DNA of 64,000 bases, taken from positions 32,001 to 96,000 of the IMG/VR virus record IMGVR_UViG_3300045941_000233. The stretch is one strand, 5' to 3'. The notes beneath the pieces were generated by a model that had not been told where the DNA came from, searched no databases, and saw nothing but the letters and a program-made list of their open reading frames with translations. The translations under genes were made by a program, and so were the position numbers. This document shows positions 34,835 through 44,575 of this stretch, piece after piece. Source of the stretch: a virus. The first letter of the stretch is position 1, and every line of letters starts with the position of its first letter.

Positions 34835-37153
34835 ATGACGACCATAAACTTTGGCGGACATGAGAGAGGAACGGCGGCGGAAACCGCCATCACTGGCGGT
34901 ACGTTTTCTATTCAGTCCACCACGAAGCGCACCGGCACTTACGCCTTGCAATGCAATCCGGCAAGCGGAGTAGCTGGCTACAACGGCTTTCACAACATCT
35001 TGGCGAACGGTGGCGGCACATCTCTGGCCAGGACCGCCGAAACTTTTTACACGACTTACTTTCGATTTGTCAGCATTCCGTCAGGCACCACTAAGTTTGT
35101 GCAGGTCGTATCGAATACGCCGTCCGATGTTGTGGTAGTGCAGATCGACTCATCGGGGAACGTCAAGCTTGTAGGCACCACAACATCGGCGACGATTGCC
35201 ACGGTAACTTCTGGGACATGGTACAGGCTTGACTTGCGAGTGACCAGCAACGGCACCAGCGGCGCAAGTATCGACGGCGGAGCCGAGCAAACAGTAACAG
35301 CCAACAACATCACGCAAGACAGGTTTGTGCAGGGACGGATTAGCACCGAAGCAGTCGCGATGGACGTGATCTTCGACGATTGGCATATCGACGACGCCGG
35401 GTTTCCTGGCGCGGGCGAATGCCGAATGTGTTCGACCACGGGAGACGGGACATACACGGGATGGGTGACTGGCACTGGCACAACCGAAGCGGAAGTCGAT
35501 GACACTCCGAGCGATGCTGACACCACCTATATCGCCGTGCCGGCCACCGGAGACAACACCGCTCGGACGTTCGCGATGGAGGATTGCACGACGGTTGGCA
35601 TCGAGGGAACGATCCGGGCCGTCAAATGCATCTGCTCCGTTAGAACCGAATCAACCACTGGCTCATCTACGGTTGGATTGCGGGTACGGTCCGGATCGAC
35701 TGACAGCGATACAACCGGTGTGGAATGGACGACGACCTACGCTAATCATCAAAAGCTGCTAACGACCGACCCTAATGGCGGCGGCTCGTGGACAAGCAGC
35801 GGCGTCGATGGCGTCGAGTGCGGTGTATTTGCCGGGTCTATCGCCCAGATTCAGCGCTGCACGACGGTTTCGCTGATGGTGTGGAGTAGCGGCGTAGATG
35901 AGTCCTCAAGTTCCGATTCCAGCGCTTCGTCGGCGAGCTCCGCGTCCTCAATCAGCAGTCTTTCGTCGCTCTCTTCGCCGTCGTCTGCCTCTAGCGCAAG
36001 CTCGATTTCTTCCCTTAGCAGCCTGTCGTCTCTGTCCAGCCAGTCATCGGCTTCCAGCGCCAGCAGTATTAGCAGTGTCAGTGATGCAAGCAGCGGAAGC
36101 AGCGCAAGTAGCGCAAGCAGCCTTTCGTCTCCAAGCAGCGGATCGTCGGCAAGTTCCGCTTCGTCTTTTGGTCCCACGGCCGGCTATCGATCGTTCACGG
36201 CGTTCTGGTTGGGTGGCGCATCGGCGCCAGGAGAGGAAGATTCGTCGTCATCGTCGGTCTCTTCCGCAAGCAGCCAGTCCTCACTCAGCAGCCAGAGCAG
36301 CCTATCGTCGGCGAGCAGCGCGTCGAGCCTGTCGAGCCCTTCCAGCGCGTCATCGCTTTCGTCGCCAAGCTCCGCAAGCTCTCTCAGCAGTCTTTCGTCG
36401 GTGAGCTCGCTGTCGTCGGCGAGCAGCGCATCGTCGGTATCCTCGTTGTCGTCTATTTCCTCACTGTCCCGGCCGTCAAGTTCCAGCAGCCCGACTTCGG
36501 CCAGTTCCGCAAGCAGCCAGTCTAGCGCGTCGTCCGCCTCTTCGCTTAGTTCGGTATCGTCTCAAAGCTCCGGATCGTCGGCGAGTTCTCTTTCTTCTTC
36601 AAGCAGTCTTTCGTCGGCATCATCGGCATCGTCGGCCAGTTCGGCAAGCAGTTTGTCGTCGGTTTCATCTCTTAGCAGCCAGTCATCAGCCAGTTCGGCG
36701 AGCTCTGCGAGCTCGTCAAGCTCCCTGTCATCCCAAAGCAGCCAGTCGTCGGCATCTTCCGCATCCAGCGCGAGCAGTATTTCTTCGCTCAGCAGCCAGA
36801 GCTCGGCGAGCAGCGCATCGTCTGCGAGCTCATTGTCCAGCAGTTTTTCGTCGGCGAGCAGCGATTCTTCCGTCAGCAGCTTGTCGTCACTCAGCAGCCA
36901 ATCGCAGAGTTTTTCTAGCGAGTCATCGTCAACGTCCAGCATGGTCGAGCGGCCGATCTACCCCGGCGACACGGCTTGGTCGCAGCTTGGCCCTGGCGAT
37001 GCAGCTTGGAACCAGCGCGGCCCCGGTAGCGCGTCCTGGACCCAGCGAGGGCCGGCCGGCACAGCCTGGACCCAGCGAGGCCCTGGCGGCGCCGACTTGT
37101 CGCCGCGCGGTCCTGGCGGCATTTCGATTCGACCAAAACGCACTAATCCGTGA
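34835..37153 (+). CDS. serine-rich virion protein 1 (beta-rich N-terminus, ~350-aa Ser tract, C-terminal 10-aa repeats)
   Basis: Ser tract ~35898-36940 with an SSx pattern. Confidence 0.85.
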   Translation: MTTINFGGHERGTAAETAITGGTFSIQSTTKRTGTYALQCNPASGVAGYNGFHNILANGGGTSLARTAETFYTTYFRFVSIPSGTTKFVQVVSNTPSDVVVVQIDSSGNVKLVGTTTSATIATVTSGTWYRLDLRVTSNGTSGASIDGGAEQTVTANNITQDRFVQGRISTEAVAMDVIFDDWHIDDAGFPGAGECRMCSTTGDGTYTGWVTGTGTTEAEVDDTPSDADTTYIAVPATGDNTARTFAMEDCTTVGIEGTIRAVKCICSVRTESTTGSSTVGLRVRSGSTDSDTTGVEWTTTYANHQKLLTTDPNGGGSWTSSGVDGVECGVFAGSIAQIQRCTTVSLMVWSSGVDESSSSDSSASSASSASSISSLSSLSSPSSASSASSISSLSSLSSLSSQSSASSASSISSVSDASSGSSASSASSLSSPSSGSSASSASSFGPTAGYRSFTAFWLGGASAPGEEDSSSSSVSSASSQSSLSSQSSLSSASSASSLSSPSSASSLSSPSSASSLSSLSSVSSLSSASSASSVSSLSSISSLSRPSSSSSPTSASSASSQSSASSASSLSSVSSQSSGSSASSLSSSSSLSSASSASSASSASSLSSVSSLSSQSSASSASSASSSSSLSSQSSQSSASSASSASSISSLSSQSSASSASSASSLSSSFSSASSDSSVSSLSSLSSQSQSFSSESSSTSSMVERPIYPGDTAWSQLGPGDAAWNQRGPGSASWTQRGPAGTAWTQRGPGGADLSPRGPGGISIRPKRTNP
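36961..37120 (+). repeat. 30-nt/10-aa tandem repeat (GxAxWxQRGP), about 5 copies
   Basis: GDTAWSQLGP GDAAWNQRGP GSASWTQRGP AGTAWTQRGP GGADLSPRGP. Confidence 0.8.
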
Positions 37154-37165
37154 TAATTAACCGCT

Positions 37166-37603
37166 ATGCCGTTCCTTGTTTCAGCCCGAAACCGCCGCGA
37201 CCGTGAATGGGACATGACCATTTATGAAGACGACGGCACGACTGAGGTTGTGCTGGCGTCTGACGACGTGGTGCGGCTGAAAATCGGAACCAACGATGAA
37301 GAGCCGCCACTGGACCTATCCAGCCTCGATCCGGACGAAATCACGTTTACCGTCGGCACCGGCGATTGCGTTGTTTATTTGACGGCCGCCCAGGTTGCCG
37401 TCCTTGGCGCCGGCGTCTTCGACTGTGAAGTGAACGTGTACGACGAATCAGAAAACAAGTTCAAGCAGGCAGAATACGGCGCTTTCACCGTTCACCCGAC
37501 GCAGCTTGGCGAGACCGGCGGCGAGCAGTCCAGCAGCAGCGGCGGGAGCTCGGAATCAAGTAGTTCTGGGGGTAGCTCTGAATCTAGTTCGTCGTCGTTC
37601 TAG
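37166..37603 (+). CDS. Ig/BppU-like virion protein with Ser-rich tail
   Basis: Paralogous to the C-terminal domain of 37622-40885; ends EQSSSSGGSSESSSSGGSSESSSSSF. Confidence 0.7.
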   Translation: MPFLVSARNRRDREWDMTIYEDDGTTEVVLASDDVVRLKIGTNDEEPPLDLSSLDPDEITFTVGTGDCVVYLTAAQVAVLGAGVFDCEVNVYDESENKFKQAEYGAFTVHPTQLGETGGEQSSSSGGSSESSSSGGSSESSSSSF

Positions 37604-37621
37604 CGCCTGCGGGTGCGGCGC

Positions 37622-40600
37622 ATGTATTACTACGGACTTCAACAATACGCCTGGCATGAGCTAGGAAATTCCGGCAAGGGGTATTGGAAGCTGCCGGCGG
37701 GCGTTGTCGGCGCGGTCGATCTGCGGACCATTCCCGCCCAATCTCAACGCGGCGGCACTCCGCAAGGCTTTGCGTTTGTTGCGTCAAAAGATCCTGTTGA
37801 CGTGCTGATTTCCAGGGCCGAACACCTTGGAATCGAATTGGCCACAACGGAGATGCGTGACGCTTGGGAAGCCGAACTAGGCTACCGCCCCAACGGCAAC
37901 ACGGTTGCCGATCTGCTTTGGGACATGCTTACCGCCGGCGCGGATCCGACCGGCGATTCAGCCTGCAAGCCGCTCATGCCGGCCAGGGATAACTTTTACG
38001 AATTGTTTTTGGGCGTCCACGGGCTTGTGAAGGATGAAGAGTTTTCTGCGGTGAGCGCGGCCGGCCTGAAATCGCTCGACTTGCTGCGACTCGAATATCG
38101 CCAGCACCGCCAGGATTCTTTAGACGGCTTGCATCGGGACACAAGGGGCCGGGTGGCACCACAGCATTACCGCAAGATTCTCGGCTTTTGGGTGCAAAAG
38201 TATGGCCTGGACTATCGGGCGTTTATTCCAAGCGACATGCCCGACGAGCGGCCGCTGCAGCCGGAAACGACCATTGTTGACGACTTTGATCGCGCCGACC
38301 AAAGCGGTCTCGGAACAGCGTCCGGCGGATTTACGTGGTCGAATCCTATCGGTAGCGTCCGCTGGGATATCGTCAGCAATCAGGCAAAGTACGGCGACGG
38401 AAGCGAGACCGGCGAGGATATCGAGCGGGCGGATGCTGACCTGTCGGGTACAGACCATTACGTCCAGATGAAGGTTGTCGAGGTTTTCGATGGCGGCGGC
38501 CCGGGCTTCTACAACTCGGCAGACACGATTTCGCGGAAAGATAACACGTCCACCGCGACGTACTATCTTGGCCAATGCTTCATCGAAAGCGCAATCAGTT
38601 ACCACCGTCTATACAAAAATGTAAACGGCTCATTTTCGCAGCTTGGGAGCACTGCGGAGACTATCAATGCCAATGAAATTCAGAGGGTAGAGTGCGTCGG
38701 AACGACAATCCGGCTTTTGATCGATTCGGTGATAGTCCATGAAGTCACCGACTCATCGATTTCGACCGGCACGCGCACCGGCATCCGAAACGATTCAAGC
38801 CACGCCGATAATTACACGATTATCGACGATTTTGAGGCCGGCGACCTGGACGCCGACGAATCGTCTGCGAGCTCGGCATCTTCGGCTTCGTCGGTTTCGT
38901 CGCAATCGTCACTATCCAGCCCGTCTTCGCTATCGTCTGCGAGCTCGGCGTCGTCGGCTTCCAGCCAATCGTCGGTGTCCAGCCTGTCTTCCCCAAGCAG
39001 CGCTTCGTCGCTATCGTCCGCGAGCAGCCTGTCCAGCGCGTCGAGCCCTTCGTCGGCTTCCAGCCAGTCGTCAGCTTCAAGTCCGTCTTCCGCGAGCAGC
39101 CAGTCGAGCCAATCGTCGGCGAGCTCGCCGTCTTCCGTCAGCAGCCTTTCGTCGGCGTCGTCAGCGTCCAGCCAGTCTTCGGTATCATCTCTAAGCAGCG
39201 CTTCGTCGCCGTCGTCGGCGAGCTCAGTTTCTTCCCAGAGCGCTAACGTCACGGCCGGCTATCGGTCGATGGCGGCCTTTTGGTTAGGTGGTGCCGCGGC
39301 AACCCCGGAGAGCGCGGCCAGTTCACAATCGAGCGCGTCGTCTCTTTCGTCGGCATCGTCCCTGTCGTCGGCATCGTCTTTGTCGTCGGCCAGCAGCGCC
39401 AGCAGCCAATCGAGCCAAAGCAGCCTATCGAGCGAATCGAGCTCTTCAAGCCTGTCCAGCGCCAGCAGCCAATCGTCAGCGAGCAGTCAGTCGAGCGCCA
39501 GCAGCCTTAGCTCCCAGAGCTCGCTTAGTTCGCCGTCGAGCGCATCAAGCCAGTCCAGCCAATCTTCGGCGTCGTCTGAGTCTTCGGCATCGTCATTGAG
39601 CAGCCCAAGCAGCGAATCGTCGGCCAGCAGCGTCAATAGTTCGTCGTCGTCCAGCAGCATCAGCCAGGTCAGCAGTTCATCTAGCAGCGTCAATAGTTCG
39701 TCGTCGTCCAGTAGTCTCAGCAGCCTTTCGTCGGCATCGAGCCAGTCATCCGCGAGCAGCCTTTCGTCGGAAAGCAGCCCGTCGTCCGCGAGCAGCTTAT
39801 CATCGGCCAGCAGCGCTTCATCGGCCAGCAGCCAATCTTCCGCAAGCAGTCCGTCATCTGCCAGCAGCGCGTCGTCGGAATCGTCGGCTTCGTCGTCGTC
39901 GTCTCTCAGCAGTCAGAGCTCGGCATCGTCTCAAAGCTCGGCAAGCTCACTGTCCAGCGGTTCGAGCGCGTCCAGCGCGTCGAGCGCTTCAAGTGCTTCC
40001 AGCTTGTCGAGCGCTTCGAGCTCTTCCAGTGCGTCGAGTGCTTCGAGCGCGTCAAGCCTGTCGAGCGGGTCCAGCCAGTCGAGCGCGTCAAGTGCTTCCA
40101 GCCAGTCTTCCGCTTCGTCGCTGTCGTCCGGATCGTCGTCGTCCAGCGCGTCATCGGCCAGCAGTGCCAGCAGCCTTTCATCTCTCAGCAGTGCCAGCAG
40201 CGCATCGTCCGCGAGCTCTTCGAGCAGCGCATCGTCGCTGTCGTCTCAGTCGTCGCTTAGTTCCGCGAGCTCGGCCAGTTCCGCAAGTTCGGCAAGCTCC
40301 CTTAGCTCGGGCAGTAGTTCGTCATCGTCTTTTAGTAGTTCGTCGTCTTCGTCCTTTAGTAGCTCATCGTCTTCGTCTCTCTCTTCGCTTTCGTCATCGT
40401 CGCTTTCGTCATCGTCCAGCAGCCATTCGAGCTCTAGCGTCATTGAGGGCTTGGCAACCGCCCGGATGGGCATTGCCAGCTTTATGCTTCACGTCCGCAA
40501 CCGCCGGGACCGCGAATTTGATCTGATAATTTTCGAAAGCAACCGGCCAGTCGAAATTGTGCTGACGGAAAACGATGTCGTCCGGTTCAAGGTTTTCGAA

Positions 40601-40885
40601 AACGAAAAAACGCCAATCCTGGATCTGTCGAGCCTCGATCCGGGCCAGATTACATTTACCGCCGGGACCGGCGAATGCGTCGTCAACCTGACCGCCAGCC
40701 AGATAGAAAGCCTCGGCGCCGGCGCATGGGATGCTGAAATCAGCGTTTGGGTGGAGTCCGAAGACAAACTGAAGAACACCGGCAGCGGCGTTATTTTTGT
40801 GCATCCTACGCAAACCGGGCAACATGCGGGCGAAGAGTCCAGCAGTTCCGGCAGCAGCGAGAATTCCTCAGTTTCCTCGTTCTAG
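37622..40885 (+). CDS. serine-rich virion protein 2 (N-terminal domains, ~525-aa Ser tract, C-terminal Ig/BppU-like domain)
   Basis: Ser tract ~38855-40440; start 37613 or 37622. Confidence 0.85.
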   Translation: MYYYGLQQYAWHELGNSGKGYWKLPAGVVGAVDLRTIPAQSQRGGTPQGFAFVASKDPVDVLISRAEHLGIELATTEMRDAWEAELGYRPNGNTVADLLWDMLTAGADPTGDSACKPLMPARDNFYELFLGVHGLVKDEEFSAVSAAGLKSLDLLRLEYRQHRQDSLDGLHRDTRGRVAPQHYRKILGFWVQKYGLDYRAFIPSDMPDERPLQPETTIVDDFDRADQSGLGTASGGFTWSNPIGSVRWDIVSNQAKYGDGSETGEDIERADADLSGTDHYVQMKVVEVFDGGGPGFYNSADTISRKDNTSTATYYLGQCFIESAISYHRLYKNVNGSFSQLGSTAETINANEIQRVECVGTTIRLLIDSVIVHEVTDSSISTGTRTGIRNDSSHADNYTIIDDFEAGDLDADESSASSASSASSVSSQSSLSSPSSLSSASSASSASSQSSVSSLSSPSSASSLSSASSLSSASSPSSASSQSSASSPSSASSQSSQSSASSPSSVSSLSSASSASSQSSVSSLSSASSPSSASSVSSQSANVTAGYRSMAAFWLGGAAATPESAASSQSSASSLSSASSLSSASSLSSASSASSQSSQSSLSSESSSSSLSSASSQSSASSQSSASSLSSQSSLSSPSSASSQSSQSSASSESSASSLSSPSSESSASSVNSSSSSSSISQVSSSSSSVNSSSSSSSLSSLSSASSQSSASSLSSESSPSSASSLSSASSASSASSQSSASSPSSASSASSESSASSSSSLSSQSSASSQSSASSLSSGSSASSASSASSASSLSSASSSSSASSASSASSLSSGSSQSSASSASSQSSASSLSSGSSSSSASSASSASSLSSLSSASSASSASSSSSASSLSSQSSLSSASSASSASSASSLSSGSSSSSSFSSSSSSSFSSSSSSSLSSLSSSSLSSSSSSHSSSSVIEGLATARMGIASFMLHVRNRRDREFDLIIFESNRPVEIVLTENDVVRFKVFENEKTPILDLSSLDPGQITFTAGTGECVVNLTASQIESLGAGAWDAEISVWVESEDKLKNTGSGVIFVHPTQTGQHAGEESSSSGSSENSSVSSF

Positions 40886-40943
40886 TGTAAAATCCTGACA
40901 TGCAGGCACGGCACGCCGGGGGCGGCGCACCGGGCAATGTGCC

Positions 40944-41732
40944 ATGATTTGCAAAAAGGCCGAATGCCTCGTTTTTATGAAGCTCGCGACCTCCCTCTCG
41001 CAAGAGGATGAGGCGCTATTCGATCTGATTCACCCGCTGGCTGAGTCGAGTCTCTTGAATTGGATTGGCCAGGAGCTTCAGCACCAGCAATTCGTCGAAT
41101 TCCTGCCGATTGGCCAGTCGTTTTCTAATCGGGCGCCGCTACTCCAAACCAATTATGCCGTGGGCGGCGGCACGCAAGACGTCGAATGGCGATCGTCATC
41201 GACCGCGATCATCACGGCCGGCAATGGGACCGAGTTTTTGCAACTCGAAAATACGCCCGTTTCGCTCACCGGTCTGCAGGTGAAGGAAAACCCTGGCGGG
41301 TATGCCGGACAGGCCGAAGGAAGTTTTGGCGATGATACGGTTTTGGCTTTGGGGGTCGATTACTACCTGGACGTTGACAATCCGGCCAGCGATATCAGCA
41401 AAAGCGGCATTCTGTACCGGAATGGCTCTTGGCCGACGGAGCCGCGGAGCATCAAGGTAAGCTATTTCGGCGGCTACACTGCCCAGCAACTAAGCGGAAA
41501 CATGGCCGGGGTCGTGAAGCTGGCGGCGATGCAGTGCATTGCGGCCGCGTTTTGGAAGGCCAAGGTTTTAGCCAAAACTAACGGGCTTGGACCGTACACG
41601 TCCGAGTCGATCGGCAAATACAGCTATGCCATCTCTTCCATGGCTTCCGCCGGCCATCTGACGTTCGACGTTCCGGCCGACGCCCGCCGGCAATTGTTCA
41701 GTTTGAAGAGCCTTGGTCGAATCTTCGGCTAG
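40944..41732 (+). CDS. head-tail connector/adaptor protein
   Basis: IKVSYFGGY, VKLAAM and SESIGKYSY motifs; position. Confidence 0.75.
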   Translation: MICKKAECLVFMKLATSLSQEDEALFDLIHPLAESSLLNWIGQELQHQQFVEFLPIGQSFSNRAPLLQTNYAVGGGTQDVEWRSSSTAIITAGNGTEFLQLENTPVSLTGLQVKENPGGYAGQAEGSFGDDTVLALGVDYYLDVDNPASDISKSGILYRNGSWPTEPRSIKVSYFGGYTAQQLSGNMAGVVKLAAMQCIAAAFWKAKVLAKTNGLGPYTSESIGKYSYAISSMASAGHLTFDVPADARRQLFSLKSLGRIFG

Positions 41733-41743
41733 GAGGGCCAGCT

Positions 41744-42127
41744 ATGTCAGCCATCGCGGCCGATTGGAGCGACCGGATTCTCGACTATTACGACGACGTG
41801 AGCCACGTCGGCCCGCTGGCCGGTTGCACGCACAGCGGCGAGCTCACAAACGCTTCATGCGGCGATCGGGTGGCCATGGAGATGATTATTTCGGCCGGCC
41901 ACAAGATCGTTGCGGCGGCCTTTACGGCCCGCGGCTGTTGTCTTAGCCGGGCGGCGGCCGCGATGCTGGCGGAGAAGATCCAGGGCCTGCCGCTTGGCCT
42001 GGCGTCACAGATTCACGATGACGGCATGATCGAGCTCGTTGGCGTCGGAATCTCGCCCGCCCGCCGGGGCTGCGTCCTATTGCCATTGCGTGCTTTCAGG
42101 CTGGCGATTGCGGAGTACATCGTATGA
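41744..42127 (+). CDS. IscU/SufU-like Fe-S cluster scaffold protein
   Basis: ILDYYDD..HVG, NASCGD, FTARGCCLSRAAAAML, ISPARRGCVLLP; the three conserved Cys are present. Confidence 0.85.
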   Translation: MSAIAADWSDRILDYYDDVSHVGPLAGCTHSGELTNASCGDRVAMEMIISAGHKIVAAAFTARGCCLSRAAAAMLAEKIQGLPLGLASQIHDDGMIELVGVGISPARRGCVLLPLRAFRLAIAEYIV

Positions 42128-42498
42128 GCGTCGAAGCGCTTTGCACTGGCGATAAAGTCGTCAAACAGGAAGCGGCCATCACTAAAGGCGGCATGGGCGG
42201 GCAAGCCCGTTCGTTTTCGGACGTCGGCGCCGCGATCGACTGCCTCGTCCAAGACGTCGGCCGCGGACAGTCTGTCATGTTCGAGGCCCGCGGACAGCGG
42301 CACAGCCACGAAGTTTTCTTTTCGTCGGACGTGCAATTAACCACAAATAACCGCCTAAAACAGACGGTCTCCGGCAATCGAGCGCTCTCAGTGCCCGTTT
42401 ATCTGCGCGTGCTGGCGTATTATTCGGAAGGCCGTCCTGGCGAGAATTATTTGTGGATTGCCGCCTGCGAGCAGGAAACGACGCGGCCGGAAAGTTAG
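42124..42498 (+). CDS. head-closure/stopper protein
   Basis: GGMGGQARSF, size and position. Confidence 0.65.
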   Translation: MSVEALCTGDKVVKQEAAITKGGMGGQARSFSDVGAAIDCLVQDVGRGQSVMFEARGQRHSHEVFFSSDVQLTTNNRLKQTVSGNRALSVPVYLRVLAYYSEGRPGENYLWIAACEQETTRPES

Positions 42499-42501
42499 CC
42501 A

Positions 42502-42846
42502 ATGTCACCAGTCACAATAGCTTGGTTTGGCGCCAAGATTCTCCAAGAATTCAAAATGGAGATGAAGCGGCGGGCGATGCGCGCGGCCCGCACTCTGGCT
42601 AATCAACTCGCCGACAACATCGACACGCCTGGACCGCAAGCCAGTGCACCGGGCGAGTTTCCGCATGCCCAGACTCGCGAATTGTTGTATTCGATCAACG
42701 TCCATGACGACGGCGAAATGGGCGCCTCAGTGTCGGTTGACGCCGAGCATGCGAGATTTGTCGAGAAATCGCGGCCGTTTTTCGATCGCACAATACGAGA
42801 TTGCGAACGTAGAATCGAAAAAATTCTGTCCGCACCAATGGACTAG
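42502..42846 (+). CDS. HK97 gp10-like neck protein
   Basis: ASAPGEFPHAQTRELLYSI, HARFVE..RPFF. Confidence 0.7.
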   Translation: MSPVTIAWFGAKILQEFKMEMKRRAMRAARTLANQLADNIDTPGPQASAPGEFPHAQTRELLYSINVHDDGEMGASVSVDAEHARFVEKSRPFFDRTIRDCERRIEKILSAPMD

Positions 42847-42852
42847 CCGACA

Positions 42853-43305
42853 ATGGCAGACGCCCTAGCTACCCTAATTACCGGCATTGTGACTAAATGG
42901 GACGCCACCGCCACGCTTACAAACGGCATTCCGGGCGGGTTGCATTTTGCTGAGCGCCCGGCCGACGATCAAGCCAACCCGGTCATTGGCAGCGATTTCC
43001 AGCCTTACGCGATACTTCCCAGCCGCGAGCAGCAGTCTAGGCTTTTGGCAATGTCTTGCGGGTCAGAGCTTTGGGAGCATGAGATACTTTTTAGGGTCTA
43101 TGGCGCCACCCCGGAGCTCTGTCAGACCTATGCCGGACTGGTCAGAGCCATTTACGATTCAGACTCGCTTGCATTAATCTTGGCAGAGGGGTCGATGGTC
43201 AAACATCGGCCCACCGGCGACGTTCGATACGTCCAGGCAGACAAGAGTGTTTTTTATGTCGATTTGCCGTATGAGTTCGTAACCCAAAAGGACCGCACGG
43301 CATAG
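42853..43305 (+). CDS. tail terminator/completion protein
   Basis: Size and position immediately before the tail tube. Confidence 0.6.
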   Translation: MADALATLITGIVTKWDATATLTNGIPGGLHFAERPADDQANPVIGSDFQPYAILPSREQQSRLLAMSCGSELWEHEILFRVYGATPELCQTYAGLVRAIYDSDSLALILAEGSMVKHRPTGDVRYVQADKSVFYVDLPYEFVTQKDRTA

Positions 43306-43349
43306 ACCGTACACGCCGGGGGCTAAGCGACTGTCTCGGGAGATAACCG

Positions 43350-43727
43350 ATGGCAGCCGTTTCTGGTCAGTACGGAAAAATTACGATCGCGACTTCGAAC
43401 GTCACCGAATGCAGCTATTGGAGCTTCGATCGGACGGCCGCCGAACACGCTTACGCATCATGCGCGACCAACGGCTACAAAAAGCGCGTGGCCGGCACGA
43501 AGGACGGCAGCGGGAACCTGAAGGGATGGCAGGATCCGTCGGCGATGATCGAAACCTATTTCGTGGAAGGCGATTTGCCGACGCTGCGTTTGTATATTTC
43601 GGCGGCCAAGTATTACTCTGTGCCGTGCATGATTACCCGTCTGCACACTGAATGCGATATCGACGACGGCGCCATCATTCCATGGGAGGCTGATTTCGGC
43701 GTCAACGGCGCCTGGTCGATCGTGTAA
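43350..43727 (+). CDS. major tail tube protein
   Basis: SGQYGKI, GYKKRVAGTKDGSG, FGVNGAW; precedes the chaperones and tape measure. Confidence 0.75.
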   Translation: MAAVSGQYGKITIATSNVTECSYWSFDRTAAEHAYASCATNGYKKRVAGTKDGSGNLKGWQDPSAMIETYFVEGDLPTLRLYISAAKYYSVPCMITRLHTECDIDDGAIIPWEADFGVNGAWSIV

Positions 43728-43753
43728 TCTTTTTTAGGAGAATCGGGGGCCAG

Positions 43754-44224
43754 ATGCAGGATATTAGTCGTGTGACCGGCGATGGAGTCATCGTCGAGTC
43801 CAATGTGAAGGGCCGCACATTTGTTTTGAGCGGCATGACGTTTGAGGATCTTGGCGCTGTCCAAAAAAGGTTTCTGAGAGACAAACGCGAGCGGCTACTT
43901 GAGGCCGCCAAGATTCGCGCAGACCTTGAAGACACTCCGGAAGCCCGCCAGGAAGTGATGGACAAGGCGCAGGCGGCAGCGACCCAGATAGCCTACCTGT
44001 CGGACGAAGAATTCAACAGCATCGTTAAATCGCCGTTCGGGGCCACAGAGCTTTTGTGGGTGCTGTTCCAAAGACAGTTTCCTAATCAAGTGACCAGGAC
44101 AGAAATTATCAGGATGGCAAACGCTGGCGAGTTTCCAGCGGATAGCATGACGCAGCTTATTTCTGAGTTACTTGGCGGGAGTCCAGGGGGAAACTCGACT
44201 GGCCAGAGCAACGATTCCAAGTAA
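43754..44224 (+). CDS. tail assembly chaperone (gpG-like)
   Basis: Position; slippery site near its end. Confidence 0.75.
   Translation: MQDISRVTGDGVIVESNVKGRTFVLSGMTFEDLGAVQKRFLRDKRERLLEAAKIRADLEDTPEARQEVMDKAQAAATQIAYLSDEEFNSIVKSPFGATELLWVLFQRQFPNQVTRTEIIRMANAGEFPADSMTQLISELLGGSPGGNSTGQSNDSK
44188..44194 (+). other. programmed -1 frameshift site G GGA AAC
   Basis: In-frame XXXYYYZ heptamer; the -1 frame is open from 44191 to 44571. Confidence 0.75.
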
Positions 44225-44571
44225 GTTTCGATCCGACTAGCCCGGCCGGCTGGCGGTATTTGCTCTGGCTGCTTGTCCGGCCACCCGAAGCTGGCGGGTT
44301 GGGGATGGACCCTATCTCTGCCAAGCGACTTACACTGGGAGAAGCGCACCTATACTTGTCGGGCGAGGACTCGATCAAATCTGCCTGCCGCAAAATGAAT
44401 CAGGCATCGCACTTTGGCCGCAAAGCGACACCGGAAGATATACGCGAGGCTCACCGCCGGAGCATGACCGAGCGCCGCAAGTATTTCACTGGCAGCGAAG
44501 ATATTGGTCTAACAGAGGCAGAACAAAAAGACGTCGGCAAGGAAGAGCCGCTGGGGGCTTTTTGGGGATAG
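44191..44571 (+). CDS. tail assembly chaperone frameshift extension (gpT-like)
   Basis: -1 frame KLDWPEQRF...GAFWG ends 5 nt before the tape measure gene. Confidence 0.7.
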   Translation, partial: KLDWPEQRFQVSFDPTSPAGWRYLLWLLVRPPEAGGLGMDPISAKRLTLGEAHLYLSGEDSIKSACRKMNQASHFGRKATPEDIREAHRRSMTERRKYFTGSEDIGLTEAEQKDVGKEEPLGAFWG

Positions 44572-44575
44572 TGTT

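Noticed and set aside
35898-40440. DNA microsatellite or assembly artefact in the Ser tracts
   Set aside because: Ser codons are thoroughly mixed (TCN and AGY) with no exact nucleotide period, and the frames stay open into globular domains.
40900-40947. 15-codon upstream mini-ORF coupled to the connector gene (and a similar 17-codon ORF at 46387-46440)
   Set aside because: Too short to support without ribosome profiling; could arise by chance.
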